A stretch of 64,000 nt of DNA, from NCBI RefSeq assembly GCF_009914755.1, contig NC_060948.1; one strand, given 5' to 3'. A program made the position numbers and the translations under genes. Shown piece by piece: positions 15,441 through 30,295 of this stretch (the stretch's first letter is position 1; each line of letters opens with the position of its first letter). Below the pieces are notes generated by a model that searched no databases, was not told the DNA's origin, and saw nothing but the letters and a program-made list of their open reading frames with translations. Source of the stretch: the human T2T-CHM13v2.0 reference genome, Homo sapiens.

Positions 15441-16320
15441 TGTATTATTTTTCTGTGGCTGTTGTAACAAATTACTACAATCTGGGTGGATTGTGGAACC
15501 AGCCAAAATGCCCCTCAATCAATAGGTTGGCAAAGAAACTACAAAATACACACACACGCACACACACACACACATACACACACACACCATGGAATACTAC
15601 TCAGCCATAAAAAAGAATAAATTAATGGCATTTGCAGCAGCCTGGATGGGATTAGAAAAGATTATTCTAAATGAAGTCACTCAGGAATGGAAAACCAAGC
15701 ATCATATGTTCTCACTCATAAGTAGGAGCTAAGCTATGAGGATGCAAAGGCATAAAAATGATAAAATGGACACTGGGGACTTGGGAAAAAGGGAAGGGGG
15801 TGAGGGATAAAATGTTACAAATTGGGTTCAGTGTATATTGCTCTGATGATGGGTGCACCAAAATCTCACAAATCACCACTGAATAACTTATGTAACTAGA
15901 TACCACCTGTTCCCCCAAAACCTACGGAAATGAAAAAAAAAATTTAAAAAGATAGCAGGAATTTGTTCTCTCAAACTTCTGGAAGCCAGAAGCCAAAATC
16001 AAGGTGTGAGCAGCAACACACCCTCTCTGGAGACTCAAAGAGAGAATCTTTTCTTTGCCTCTTCTGACTTCTGGTGCCTTTTGATGTTCTGTCTTTTGTC
16101 CACATCACTCCAACATCTACCTCCATGGTCACATCACCTCCTCTTCTTCTGTCTTTCTTGCCCTTTTTGCATATTTTATTTAAGCCACCCAGTTTATGTC
16201 ATTTGACATGCATTAGAGGTAGGTCTGTCCAAATAATCCAAGATGATGTCCTCATCTCAAGACTTTTAGCTTAATTACATCTACAAAGAACCTAATGCCA
16301 TAGAAGGTCACATTCACAGT
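15441..16320 (-). mobile_element. MLT1 LTR split by an L1PB fragment
   Basis: tgtattattttctgtggctgttgtaacaaattactacaatctgggtgg resumes at about 15955 with ttgttctctcaaacttctggaagccag. Confidence 0.8.
15492..15950 (+). mobile_element. L1PB 3' end with internal (CA)n
   Basis: tggaaccagccaaaatgccc...ccccaaaacctacggaaatgaaaaaa. Confidence 0.88.
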
Positions 16321-16676
16321 GTCTCAGTCAGTTCAGGATCCTATAATAAAACGCCTTAAGCTGGGTGTCTTGAGCAACAAATGTTATTTCCCATAGTTCT
16401 GGAGCCTGGGAAGATGAAGGTGCTGACAAATCTGGTGTCTACTGAGGCTCTTCTTCCTCTTTCCTGGTCTGCAGATGGTGCTATCTCTCTGTACCTTCAC
16501 ACAGAGGACAGAGGGAGCTCTGAGTCTTTTTCTCTTCTTATAAAGACACTAATCCCATCATGCAGGTGCCACCCTCATGATCTCATCTAAACCTGCATAG
16601 CTCCCACAGGCCCCACCTACTAAGACCATCCCATTGGGGATTAGGGCTTCCACATATGGACTTGGGGAGGATGTGC
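16321..16676 (-). mobile_element. MLT1A/MST-type LTR
   Basis: gtctcagtcagttcagg...ttggggattagggcttccacatatg. Confidence 0.75.
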
Positions 16677-17036
16677 TGTATTAGTTCATTCTTAAGCTGC
16701 TAATAAAGACAATCCAGATACTAGGTCATTTATAAAGTAAAAAGGTTAATTGACTCACAGTTCCACATGGCTGATGAGGCCTCACAATCATGACAGAAGG
16801 CAAGGAAGAGCAAAGCCATATCTTTCTGTTACCTGGCGGCAAGAAAGAGGGCTTGTGCAGGGGAACTCCCATTTATAAAACCATCAGCTCTCATGAAACT
16901 TACTCACTATTCTGAGAACAGTATGAGCAAAGCTTTTCCCATGAATCAATTATCTCCACCTGGTCCTACTCTTAACATGTGGGAATTAGTACAATTTAAG
17001 GTGAGGTTTGAGTGGGGACACTGCCAAACCATATCA
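16677..17036 (-). mobile_element. THE1 solo LTR
   Basis: tgtattagttcattctt...gccaaaccatatca. Confidence 0.9.
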
Positions 17037-17769
17037 CATGCATTCTGTAACTTCAACCAGGGGTTAGAACATGTACTCTGAAATTTAGACCAAGGATAAA
17101 ACATAGACTTTCATTCTGAGGGCCATTTAACTTTCTACACTTCTATACAGAGAACCATCAAGTTAGAAGAAAGCAGCAAATGCCATTGGGATTTTACACA
17201 AAACTAGAGAGAACAGCCACATAAATGCAAAGTAAAACAAAGTAGATCTGAACTTCTCTGGTTGGCAACTTGGGAGTATTTTGTTTCAGTGACATACCAA
17301 ATTCCTATCTTTGCATGTTCCCAGAATTGAGTTCAAATGACATTAATACTACAAAAGCTCATACAATGACTATTGGTAGCAGTGAAAAAGAATGTGGTAA
17401 TTTAAAATTTGCATTAGGTTGAAATGCTATGGAAAACACCTGAGGAAGTCTTATCATCTTTGCTGCAAAATTGTGGGTGACAGACAAGGAATATAAATCA
17501 TAACATCTTATTCAAAGATAATAAATGCACCAACTCAACTAAGACAAACTGATGACAAGCCAAAATACTCTAGAAGGAAAAGAAGGTAACATCTGAACAT
17601 GATCTCAGCTGAGAAAAGTACACTTGGAAAGGGCATATATTTAGCTGTTTCAAATGCTCCATTTCCGGATAAAGCACATGTTTAAATGTTTGGTTGACAT
17701 GAATTAAAAGCAAGTGCTCAATGTGGTACTCTATAAGGTAGGTTTCTGAATCTTATTTATATGATGCCA

Positions 17770-17905
17770 AATGCATTCATTCATTGACAAATTCATTCAC
17801 TGAACAGATGCTCACAATGTATTCATTGTATGCCAGTGCTATTCTGGGCAATGCTGAGAAGTGTGGATAAATAGGACATACAAACTTCACATTTAGGGTA
17901 ACTGA
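17770..17905 (-). mobile_element. L2 3' fragment
   Basis: cattcattcatt...tgtatgccagtgctattctgggcaatgctgag. Confidence 0.55.
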
Positions 17906-18707
17906 ATCTAGATGTGCTCCAGCAAAAGTGTAAGGTTCATTTGTCTTCTGTCTCCTAGGAAGTAGTTGAGAGCCGAATTATTACTAAGAAGGAACATTGC
18001 AACCCCACCAAAGTTCATGCATACACAAATACATCTGCTTACTGAAAATAATACATCCAGTGAACAGGGTCCATATTGGTCAAAATTTTTCTCTCTTACC
18101 TTGGAAAAAATTAGACTCCTAATGTTAACTGGGCAAAGATTTGCTTCTTTCAAGATCTTACATTTAGATTCATGGCCACTGGTTGAACTGTGTTGTACTG
18201 TGAGCTCATAGCTCGTACTACCAATGTGTCAATCCTTAGCAAAAACTTTTATTAATAACTATGCTTGTGCTGTCCTAGCCTTCCAGTGGCCATAGGTGAT
18301 TGACATTGGTAAGAGGGGGATGCAAGTGATTGAAGTAGAGCTGGGGGCATTGTTGCAGTTTCCATTGCTATTGCTCTGTGTGGTTTTAATTCAAGGGCAT
18401 TTGTTTGGGGAAAAAGCAGTGTTAACATCTTGAATTTGATACTCCCTAGTGAACTAGCTGTGAATTAACAGGTTTTACACTGTAAGAAAGTGAAAAGAAA
18501 CATGAGCAATAACACTCAAGGAGTTTAGGCATGTCTTAGAAGAACACAAAAAGAAAGAGATCAGTTAAGAGTTAATTTTGTGGAATAGATAGTGCTCTAG
18601 GCATGTCGGTTTTCTCCCAACCAAAAGTCAACAATCCATCAAAGCACAGGGCAGCATATAACTGTTGGGAAGTGCATGTATTCTGACATCAGTTAGGAAG
18701 TGTCCAT

Positions 18708-19163
18708 ATGGTAGTGGGTGGCATATTGGCCCCCAAAATACATGTCCACATCCTAATAGCAGGTATAGAGGGATGAGACCTTATTTGGAAATAGGGTTTT
18801 GAAGCTGCAATTAAGTTAATAATTTAGTGATGAGATTATTCTAGATTTAGAGGGCTCTCTTAAATCCAATGACAGGTGTTCCTGTAAGAGACAGAAGAGG
18901 AGACACCAATACAGAAGAGAAGTCTGCATGGAGATGGAGGCAGGACTGGAGTGATGTGGCCACAAGCCCAGGGAAGCCTGAAGTCCCCCAGAAACTGGGA
19001 GAGGCAGGAAGGATTCTCTTGTAGAGCCTACAAAGGGAACACCACCCTGAGACACCTTGATTTCAGATTTCTGGTGCCCAGAACTGGTAGAGAATACATT
19101 TCTGTTGTTTAAGCCTCCTGGTCTGTGGCACTTTTGTTACAGCAGCCCCAGAAAACTCAAACA
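18708..19163 (+). mobile_element. MLT1C-type LTR
   Basis: tggcccccaaaatacatgtccacatcctaat...ttgttacagcagccccagaaaactcaaaca. Confidence 0.85.
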
Positions 19164-19823
19164 CAACACTCTGGGTGTGTGCTCCTGCAGTAACTTCCAT
19201 ATACCTCTCACAGGAGAGGAAGGGGATTATTCTTCCAACAAGATGGAGACTTGCACACACGCCTTGGAGACACAGAGGAAGCAAAAAGCACAGAACAGTA
19301 CTGAGAGGCTTCACAGACCCCTGGGAGCTCCTCCTCAGGTGGTAAAATGCCACAGCAATACCTTACAATGGGCACAGAATTGTAACATAAGGAGTGATCT
19401 TCTTTTCTGAGGAGCCAAGGCCAAGAAAACTGATTCTTGCTGAAAAAGAAAGCATTTCCAATGCACATCAGACTCAAATAATTCTTGAAAACCGATATGA
19501 ATTATTTTAGCATGTTGCTTTCATGAACTAAGTTCTTGTCTTCATTTTGTAACCCCTTAAAATTCTCAAAGACTACTCTCAGAGTTGTTAAAGCTGAAAA
19601 AGCTTAACTATACATATAAACACTGTCATATGTCAAAGGGATTTTTCAGCTTATAAAGCATGCTCACTAGGGCTTTGTTCATGAAATACATTCAGTTGCA
19701 CTTCACCCTGGAAACAGAATCTCTTATCCCTGAATCAGAAGGGACGTAGACACATGAAGTCTCAGGGAGAAAAGAGCCATGTTGTATATCATGCTAAATT
19801 AACAAGTTTTGGCACTTGTATTT

Positions 19824-20930
19824 TTCTATCTTTTTTTTTTTAACAAGACTTTTTTAAAAAAATACTTAAAGTTCTGGGGTACGTGTGCAGAATGCGCAGA
19901 TTTGTTGCATAAGTATACATGCAGCAGGGTGGTTTGCACACCCATCAACCTGTTATCTACATTAGGTCTTTCTCTTAATGTTATCCATCCCCCAACCCCC
20001 CACACCCAATAGTCCCTGGTGTGTGATGTTACCCTCCCTGTGTCCATGTGTTCTCATTGTTCAGCTCCCACTTATGAGTGACAATATGCAGTGTTTGGTT
20101 TTCTGTTCTTGTGTTAGTTTGCTGAGAATGATGGTTTCTAGCTTCATCCATGTTCCTGCAAAGGATATGAACTAATCCTTTTTTATGACTGCATAGTATT
20201 CCATGGTGTATATATGCCACATTTTCTTTATCCAGTCTATCATTGATGGACATTTTGGTTGGTTCCAAGTCTTTGCTATTGTGAATAGTGCCGAATAAAC
20301 ATACTTGTGCATGTGTCTTTATAGTAGCATGATTTATAATCCTTTAGGCATATACCCAGTAATGGGACTGCTGGGTCAAATAGTATTTCTAGTTCTAGAT
20401 CCTTGAGGAATTGCTACAATGTCTTCCACAATTGTTGGACTAATTTACACTGCCGCCAACAGTGTAAAAGTGTTCCTGTTTCTCCACATCCTCTCCAGCA
20501 CCTGTTGTTTCCTGACTTTTTAATGATCACCACTCTAACTGGCATGAGATGGTATCGTATTGTGGTTTTGATTTGCATTTCTCTAATAACCACTGATGAT
20601 GAGTTTTTTTTATATGTTCGTTGGCTGCATAAATGTCTTCTTTTGAGATGTGTCTGTTCATATCCTTTGCCCACTGTTTGATGGGGTTGTTTTTTTTTTT
20701 CTTGAAAATTTGTTTGAGTTCTTTGTAGATTCTGGATCATAGCCCTTTTTCAGATGTATAGACTGCAAAATTTTTTCCCATTCTGTAGGTTGCCTGTTCA
20801 CTCCGATGATAGTTTCTTTTGCCGTGTGGAAGCTCTTTAGTTTAATTAGATGCCATTTGCCCATTTTGACTTTTGTTCCCATTGCATTTGGTGTTTTAGT
20901 CATGAAGTCTTTGCTTATGCCTATGTCCTG
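19824..20930 (-). mobile_element. 5'-truncated L1PA (about L1PA7/8)
   Basis: ORF2 C-terminus on minus strand ([20 protein letters not shown]); 20-bp TSD aagttttggcacttgtattt/aagttttgacccttgtattt. Confidence 0.95.
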
Positions 20931-21519
20931 AAGTTTTGACCCTTGTATTTCTCACAGGAAAAGAAGGAACACGAAAGATAAGGATTTGGGTGGTAGCACT
21001 CATTTTTATATGGATTGTGGGATGGATGAACTCTACTGGAGATGATTATAAATACAGTTTGTCTTTTAAACCAGAGTTTTATGAATTCACATAATGCTTT
21101 ATTTACCTCTTCTGGAGGAGTCTGTGGTCTCCTTTCCTCCTCAGATTCTTGGTAGTGGGAAACTGCTCAGATGTCCTGAGCAAAGTGATCAAATTCCAAA
21201 GCCCAGAATTTAAGGAAGCTGACAGCAAGCCACAGGGAGGAGAAGTGGTTAAAGAAAGGGAAGATTCCAAAAAGACAGCCACTTAGCACACCAATTCAGT
21301 GTCATTGGTGCCAGAATCCTTTTCACTGTTGGTGATGGGCTTTTGAGAAAAGTGTTTCAAATTGAAGAATTTGAGGTGTTCTAAAAATGGGTTTCAAAAG
21401 AAAGTGGAATAGACATGAAAAGATTCCCTTATCCATTTGTGATTGTCAATTATCCCGCTGATCTATGTGCGGGTCTTGATATACACAGCCTTCAGGGACT
21501 TGCTGCAAACAAAACCTAC

Positions 21520-22035
21520 TGTGATGGTTAATACTGAGTGTCAACTTGATTGATTGAAGGATGCAAAGTATTGTTCCTGGGTGTTGCCAAAGAAGTTAAC
21601 ATTTGAGTCAGTGGACTGGGCAAGGCAGACCCAACCTCAATCTAGGTGGGCACCATCTAATCAGCTGCCAGCAAAAGTAGGATAAAGCAGGTAGGAGAAG
21701 ATGGAAAAGCAGGCTTGCTTACTCTTCTGGACTTCATCTTTCTCCTATGCTGGATGCTTCTTGCACTCGAATATCAGACTCCAAGTTCTTGGACTTACAC
21801 CAGTGGTTTGCTAGGGCCTCTTGGGTCTTCAGCCACAGAGAGACCGCTGCACTGTTGGCTTCCCTACTTTTGAGGTTTTAGGATTCAGACTGGCTTCCTT
21901 GCTCCTCAGCTTGGATAAGGCCTGTTGTGGGACTTCACTTTGTGATGGTGTGAGTCAATACTCCTTAATAAACTACCTTTTGTGTATACATCTATCCTAT
22001 TAGTTCTCCCTCTCCAGAGAACACTGATTAATCCA
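21520..22035 (+). mobile_element. MLT2A (HERV-L) solo LTR
   Basis: tgtgatggttaatactgagtgtcaacttgat...gagaacactgattaatcca; TSD cctac/actac. Confidence 0.92.
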
Positions 22036-22379
22036 ACTACACAGAGGTCATTTGGCCACATCCAGGAAGAACTACCAGCAAAACCAGCCCAGGACCAGTC
22101 AACTGCAAGTCCCAGTGCTGTGGAAGTCAGGGGTCTCCAGAGACAGAGCACCCCACATCTGAAAGGGCTGAGACAGACAGCTCTTGGCCACTCTAGGATT
22201 CAGTGATTCACAGTGAGTATCCTGAAACTCTGATAAAACAATGCGTCCCTGTCTCTTCTGAGTGAAATCTCTTATGGAGTTAAGTTTACAAGCATCTGTT
22301 TATTTGGCTACACTGTGAATGTTAAACAGTTTTTAGAGGTTATCTGAATAATTGGCACAAGTAAAATAAAATGAAATAA

Positions 22380-22620
22380 AATTCATTCATCAATTCACCC
22401 ATTCAACAGATGCTTACCAAAGGTCATCACATGCCCAGCATTTTCCTGGTCACTGGTCATACAACAGATACCTTATGGACTTTACAGAGCAGTAAAAGAT
22501 TCATTTAAGAAAACCACAGAAAATTTGTACTTAAAATTTGTATAAGTTCAACAAAGGAAAATAATTGAGTTCTGTGAAAAAGAAGAGCTTGGGGAGATTA
22601 TTGAATAGGCAGGAGAAAGA
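22380..22620 (-). mobile_element. L2 3' fragment
   Basis: attcattcatcaattcacccattcaacagatgcttacc...tgcccagcattttcctgg. Confidence 0.55.
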
Positions 22621-22956
22621 CCAGAGTGAAGGTGATGGTGGAATTGGCTTCTATTCTGGCTTGGATGGTGCCCAAAGGACATGTCCTCTTAGCCTCACAC
22701 CATTTACAGAATGTAGTGCAGCCTCTTTAATAGAGTTACCTAATCTACCCTCCTGAAAAATAATGCTTACACCATTTGGCATAGCAAGTTGAACATCATC
22801 TATCCCAGACACTGCTATTTCAAAGGTGAAAGGAAACAGGAACACTCTGAAGACTTCAATCTAAAGTGAAAGAGTACTCGTTGACATTAAAGGCAAGGTT
22901 TACATTTCCCTCTGTAGGAAATGTACTCCCCAGAGATCTCCTTGGTTTTTTGCATC

Positions 22957-23228
22957 TTTTATTTTGAGACAGTCTTGTTCTGTCACCCAGGCTGGAGTGC
23001 AGTGGCATGATCTCACCTCCTGGGTTCAAATAATTCTCCTGCCTCAGCCTCCCAAGTAGCTGGGAATGCAGGTGCGCACCACCATGGCTGGCTAATTTTT
23101 GTATTTTTAGTAGAGACGGGGTTTCACCTTGTTGGCCAGGTTGATCCTGAACTTCTGACCTCAAGTGATCTTCCTGCCTTAGCCTCCCAAAGTGCTGGGA
23201 TTACAGGTGGGAGCCACCACACCTGGAC
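22957..23228 (-). mobile_element. AluS with a small internal deletion
   Basis: Antisense Alu; TSD gttttttgcatct/gttctttgcatct. Confidence 0.92.
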
Positions 23229-23441
23229 AGTTCTTTGCATCTCTATTCAATTATCTCTGCACCTATCAATGTATAGATCAACATGTATAAAAGCTCCTAT
23301 CAATGTATAGATAACCTTAGAAAATAATAGAGGACATTTAATAGTGAAGTCATAGGAGATGCGGTTCTTTTACTGAGCAGGATATTTTCAGGGTTCATCC
23401 ATATTGTAGCCCTGTGAGAACTGCAATTCTTTTTATGGCTG

Positions 23442-24159
<718 letters not shown>

Positions 24160-24438
24160 GGCTGAATAAGATTTCCTTCTATAGACGGACCATCTTTTCT
24201 TAATTCACTCCTCTGCTGATAGACATCTGGATGGTTTTCACTTTTTGGCTATTGTAAATACAACAGCTGTGTATTTGAGATGATGAAAAAGTCCGGAACT
24301 AGAGAGTGCTGATGCTTGCACAACTTTCTGGATGGACTTAATGCCACTTTAGAATGGTTCCAATAGTAAATATGATGTTTATATGTGTAAACAAAGGTGA
24401 GGAAATTGCAAACGTTTGCATTTTAGACGGAGATAATA

Positions 24439-25085
<647 letters not shown>

Positions 25086-25204
25086 GACAAAGAATTCCCT
25101 TACATAATGTCAATCTCTTCAATAACATGCTGGTCACTCTGGAAAAATAAAGAAAGAATAAATAGCTTGTAACAGCTTCCAGACAGCTAGTGCCCCAGTG
25201 TGCT

Positions 25205-25524
25205 ATCACTCCTTCTGTCTGTGTCTCTGTTTCTCTCTCTCTCTCTGTCTGTCTCACATACACACCCACTGTTTCTCTTTCTCTTTTTTCTTTCCTTCTC
25301 TCTCTCTTTCTCATTCTGTCTCTCTCACTGTTTCTTTCTTTCTGTTTTTCTATTTGTTTTCCTCATTCTCTCTCTCTGGCACTGACTCTCTGTCTCTTTT
25401 TCTTACAGACATAAGCCTTCTGTTTCTAACTCTCTCTCTGTCTTCCTTTCTTTCTCTTGCTCTCCCTCTTTTTCCTTCTCTTTCTCAGTCTTTCTTTCTT
25501 TTGTTCTCAATTTTTCTTTTTCTT

Positions 25525-25555
<31 letters not shown>

Positions 25556-25590
25556 GTTTCTGTCTTTCTCTGTCTCTGTCCTCTATGTCA
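25205..25590. repeat. CT-rich low-complexity tract
   Basis: Degenerate (CT)n/(CTGT)n. Confidence 0.9.
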
Positions 25591-26774
25591 CTTGCATCAT
25601 CCACAACATGGAGATGATCTGAAACTCCCATCTCAGCACACCCAGTCAACACCTTCCCACATGGAAACACACCCTAACTCTGAGCCTTCCCTTGATGTCT
25701 CACAAAGCTGCTCTGATCTGACATTCATCTCATCAATTTGATCATCCCCCTACCCACCTCAGCTCCATTATGCTGGCCTCCCAGACTTCACTCTTCGGTC
25801 TTAGTGCGGGGTCTCTCTTTTCTGTGCTGCTCTTTGTTTCCGCCACCTCCAGTTTGAGGAGTCTCTGGTTTATTTTTTATTATGTAAATTTTTAATCCAT
25901 CTTTAGAGCCTTAGTTAGTGCAAGCTCCTCCTAAAATATCTCTTCATTTCCCTAAATCAGAATTCATCTCTCTCCCCTCTCCACTCCCACCATGGTGTCT
26001 GTTTATGACCCCTCTTACTGAACTTATAGTCTTTAATTCCTTATTGGTTGCATATACACCACTTTTTCCAACTAGATGCTGATATACTGAAAAATAGAAA
26101 TAATTTTTTCTCTTCTTTGTGACCTCAGCTTTTACAATATCCTTTGAGGTTAGGTTTGAATATATGTATTTTTACATACATATATTCTGGCTTTCACGGT
26201 CTTTTTCTTGGGGGAGCAAAAAACAAGACAATATAATTCAATTAGAAACATGATTGAAAATGACATTTCATTGAAACTGGAACCAAAAATAAGCATGATT
26301 TCACTTCCTTGAACAGCAAAAATGAAGCAACCTCTTAGCTAAATTTCTCACACCTCAGAGAGGGGAAGTGTCGTCAGTCCTTCTGAGTTAAACCCTGAGG
26401 AGACATAGCCATACAGTCTTCCACTGGGTGCCTCTGAGGGGCCGCTGGGCTCTCAGAAACTTGGCAGGCCTATGTCCCTTTACTTGCCTTGATTCATTGA
26501 AAGCATGTGAAGTTTGGATCAGATGTTGTGGAAGCAGATTAAACACAAGTGAACAGATCCCAACTTCGGTTTTTGGTAAAACTTCAAACTGTGAAAATGT
26601 GTGGGGTTATGAAGAGCTGAACACTGTGTTGCTCCTTGGATGACAATAGTTACTTGATTTCATGCATATTTTATTATTAGTCATGGACTACACGAAAATT
26701 TGCCTCAAAATCAAAGACGGGACCAGAATCTAGCTATACTACCTGATAATAGTCCATAATGTTGATACTTTGTT

Positions 26775-27730
26775 TATATGCACACACACACACACATATC
26801 AATATATACACATATATATATACTATGAATACACACAAGCATGTACACACACATATAGGTACTATATATACACACAGATGTACTATCTTTATATATACAA
26901 ACATATACACACATGTACTTTATATATACACACATACAGATGTATGATATATAACCACATACACACATATATAAGTACTTTATACATACACATACATATG
27001 TACACACATATGTATTGTGTATGTACACATATGTACTAATATATACACATGTACTATATGAACATGTATACATATATGTACTACACCCATGTATGTACTT
27101 TATATATGAACACATACATATACAAGTAGTTCATATATACCCATACACATATAATGTAGTCTATATAAGCACACACACTTATGTACACATATGTGTTCTT
27201 TATATGCACACATATTTACCAATATATACATATATGCTATATACACAAATACAGATACATATATACTGTAATATATGACATATATTGTTATACTGTGTGT
27301 ATAGTACATAGGTATGTGTGTATGCCTATATATAAAGTAATATATATGGATGTATAAGTGTGTTTGTATATGTATATGTGTATGTATATATATGCACATA
27401 TGCTGTGTACACAGGCACACACACATACACCCATATATATTACTTTATATATACATACAAACATAAGTATGCACTATATATGCATACACATATACACACA
27501 CAAATATATTTGTACCGTATAACACACATATATAGACATATGTACTATATATAACACATATATACATGTGTATCATATATACACATACATACACACATAC
27601 ATGTACTATATAGACACACAGAAGTACAATATAAACACACATATGTGTACTACTTATACACATATATACACACACCCATATACATGCACCACGCTCTCTC
27701 TATATATATACACACACACACGCACACACA
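26775..27730. repeat. About 950-bp degenerate (TA)n/(CA)n alternating purine-pyrimidine tract
   Basis: Recurrent acacatatgtactatatata-like motif. Confidence 0.92.
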
Positions 27731-28191
27731 ATTAACATGGAACTGTAGGATTTTATATGTATATGTAAAACAGCATAAACACTGTATTTATATTAAACAG
27801 TATATATAGTATGTATTTGTAAATATTAATGTTTCAGTGAATTTCAATTTATATCAGAATTTGTCTTTCCAAATAAAGTTCTGAAATTCTGCTCAAGAAA
27901 TATTTGTGGCTGTAAATCATCTAAATGGGGTCAAATTATGTTAAAGGATTTATGGGATGCATTCATGTCATCCCAAGCTCTTAGTGTGATGAAATAATGC
28001 CTTTTATAAAGCTGCCCTTAGGAAACGAAAATTGACACAAACTTGTAATTTATACCTGGTTCTCAACTCGTTACGGCCAGTGCATTTTCTCTGGTTATCT
28101 CTGATGTTGTTAATATTCTAAATCTGCCAGATGTTTTTTCTAGTAGGAGAGGGGGTAAATAAAATTCAGGCTGGATTTGAGTATTACCCTA

Positions 28192-28456
28192 GGACCTGGG
28201 AAAAGACCAACTTATATGAATTCAACCTGTCTTCTAGATATGAATGAGCTGAACAACCTTTATTATGTTCTTATAGAACTTTTGATATTTTTTTCTGACT
28301 ATTCAGTGTATGGAAGTAACCTCCTATGATTAAACTTCTACCGTAGACCAGCGGTATTTATTACAAAGGTTATATGTATTGGCTTTTATTCAAAGAGCTT
28401 ATTTACTGAAATGTCAAAACAATTTCCTATAAGGTTATTTTAGCTGGAAGACAAAC
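28192..28456 (+). repeat. Local duplication B, copy 1 (partner 35181-35442)
   Basis: 27-bp identical core tgaaatgtcaaaacaatttcctataag at 28407-28433 and 35394-35420; about 260 bp alignable. Confidence 0.88.
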
Positions 28457-29271
28457 TCACATCTTCTACATAAGAGATGTTGTCTAAGACTTCACCATAG
28501 AGTGAGGCTGACATTTTTCTCCAGGTATGAGACAAGATGACCTACAAGCCAAGTGGCCAAAAAAATGATTTTCTTCATTTACTCCCATGATATCATATTT
28601 GGAGAAAACTTGCTCTAATGAATATTCTAGGTGTGTTCATATTAAATCCTGGATAAGTTCCACTCGAAGCCCCATTCTGTGAATGACAAACAGTGGATGC
28701 TTTTCTCAGTATATAAAAAGGAGGGATTGGGGTAAGGGGATATACCTTGGGTTCATTGTTCATTCTGTTATCATATGTCCAACATTCATGCACTGTCTTT
28801 CTTTTGCCCCTTGCTGAATTGGTCACAGAACGCTGACTCTTTTATTTCCTCCAGAGATGAATGAAAGACTAAGTAAAGGAATAATCAAACAAAGTAATTC
28901 ACACAAGACTTCTTTGTATGCATCGACTTTGTTGAGAATGTTTAGAGAATAAGGGAGACATGAATAGCCAATCTACACAGATGGCTAAAATTTGGGTATA
29001 CAATATTCTTTTCCTATAAGTTCTTTTTAGTCCCTCTGCTACTGATGATTTGTCATTGGCCCCACCATTCAGGGATATCCCCAGCATCCAATTATTTGTC
29101 TTCTCTCCCCTCTTCCACTCCCTCCTCCCAAGCAGGAGCAAAACAAAACAAACACAAAATAAAACCAGAGAGACTTCTTACTCTATTTGTGCACTGTAAT
29201 CCCCACTACTCTCTACATTGTATCTTTTTAGACCTACATGGCTTCTGTAACAGAGTAGCAGTGCCAAGAGA

Positions 29272-29473
29272 GCAGCAGTGTCAGCTTTGGCACTGTTGAC
29301 ATTTGGGGCTGCATGATTCCCTGGTGGGGCATCCTTGTGTGCTGTATGTTGTTGAGCAGTGTCCCTGGGCTTCACCCACCAGATGTCAGGACCAACTCTC
29401 CACCCAGGGAAGACGTTTCCAGGCATTGCCAGTGTCCCCTGAGGGCAAAGTGAACTGCAATTGGAAACCACTG
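29272..29473 (-). mobile_element. MER20 (hAT-Charlie)
   Basis: ggcactgttgacatttggggctg...cattgccagtgtcccctgagggcaaa...aaccactg. Confidence 0.88.
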
Positions 29474-29484
29474 TGATGACAGAT

Positions 29485-29536
<52 letters not shown>
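29485..29536. repeat. Perfect tetranucleotide STR (TAGA)13
   Basis: Counted directly. Confidence 0.97.
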
Positions 29537-29897
29537 GATATGGTTTGGACGTGTCCCCACCCAAATCTTATCTTGAATTTTAGCACCCATAATTCCCAAC
29601 TCTTGTGGGAGGGACTTGATTGGAGATAATTGAATCAACAGGCAGTTTCCCCCATACTGTTCTTGTGATAGTGAATAAGTCTCAGGGGATCTGATGTTTT
29701 AATAAGAAGAAACCCTTTCTCTTAGCTCTCGTTCTTTCTCTTAGCTGCTGCCAAGTAAGATGTGTCTTTTGCCTTCCTCCGTGATTGTGAAGCCTCCCCA
29801 GCCATGTGGAACTGTGAGTCCATTAAACCTCTTTTTCTTTATAATTTACCCCACCTCAGGTATGTCTTTATCAGCAGTGTGAAAATGGACTAATACA
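29537..29897 (+). mobile_element. THE1 solo LTR
   Basis: gatatggtttggacgtgtccccacccaaatc...aaaatggactaataca. Confidence 0.92.
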
Positions 29898-29899
29898 AA

Positions 29900-30050
29900 T
29901 GGATAGATAGATAAATAGATAATTAACAGATATATAGATAAATAGTAATAATGATGACCAAATAGATGATAGAGGGATAGATATATCGATGATAGATAGA
30001 TGACGAATATGTGGACAAAAACATAGAGAGATAAATAAATAGATAATAGA
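29900..30050. repeat. Degenerate GATA repeat
   Basis: Interrupted gatagatagat motifs. Confidence 0.8.
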
Positions 30051-30094
30051 CAAGCACACAGAGTCTTTCATGCTAAGGCAGGATTTTGCAGTTG

Positions 30095-30295
30095 AGCTGG
30101 CACTGCTGACATTTGGGGGTGGATGATTCTCTGTGGTGGGGGTGTCCTGTGCACTGTAGGGTGTCGAGTAACATCTTGGGCTCCAACCACCAGGAGTTAG
30201 TGAGACCACTCAGTTGTGACACCGAAAAATATCTCCAGACATTGCCAAGTGTCCCCTGGCATGGAACAAAATCTCCCTACCTTGGAGACCATTAT
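30095..30295 (-). mobile_element. MER20 (second copy)
   Basis: ggcactgctgacatttgggg...tctccagacattgccaagtgtcccctgg. Confidence 0.88.

Noticed and set aside
19200-19345. Possible exon downstream of the MLT1C LTR (ctctcacag...cag|gtggta)
   Set aside because: Weak donor and no recognisable peptide
26759-27675. Tyr/Ile/His/Thr-rich and Cys/Val-rich ORFs
   Set aside because: Translations of TA/CA dinucleotide repeats
29485-29536. Assigning a named forensic STR
   Set aside because: The flanks did not match any primer sequence I could recall with confidence
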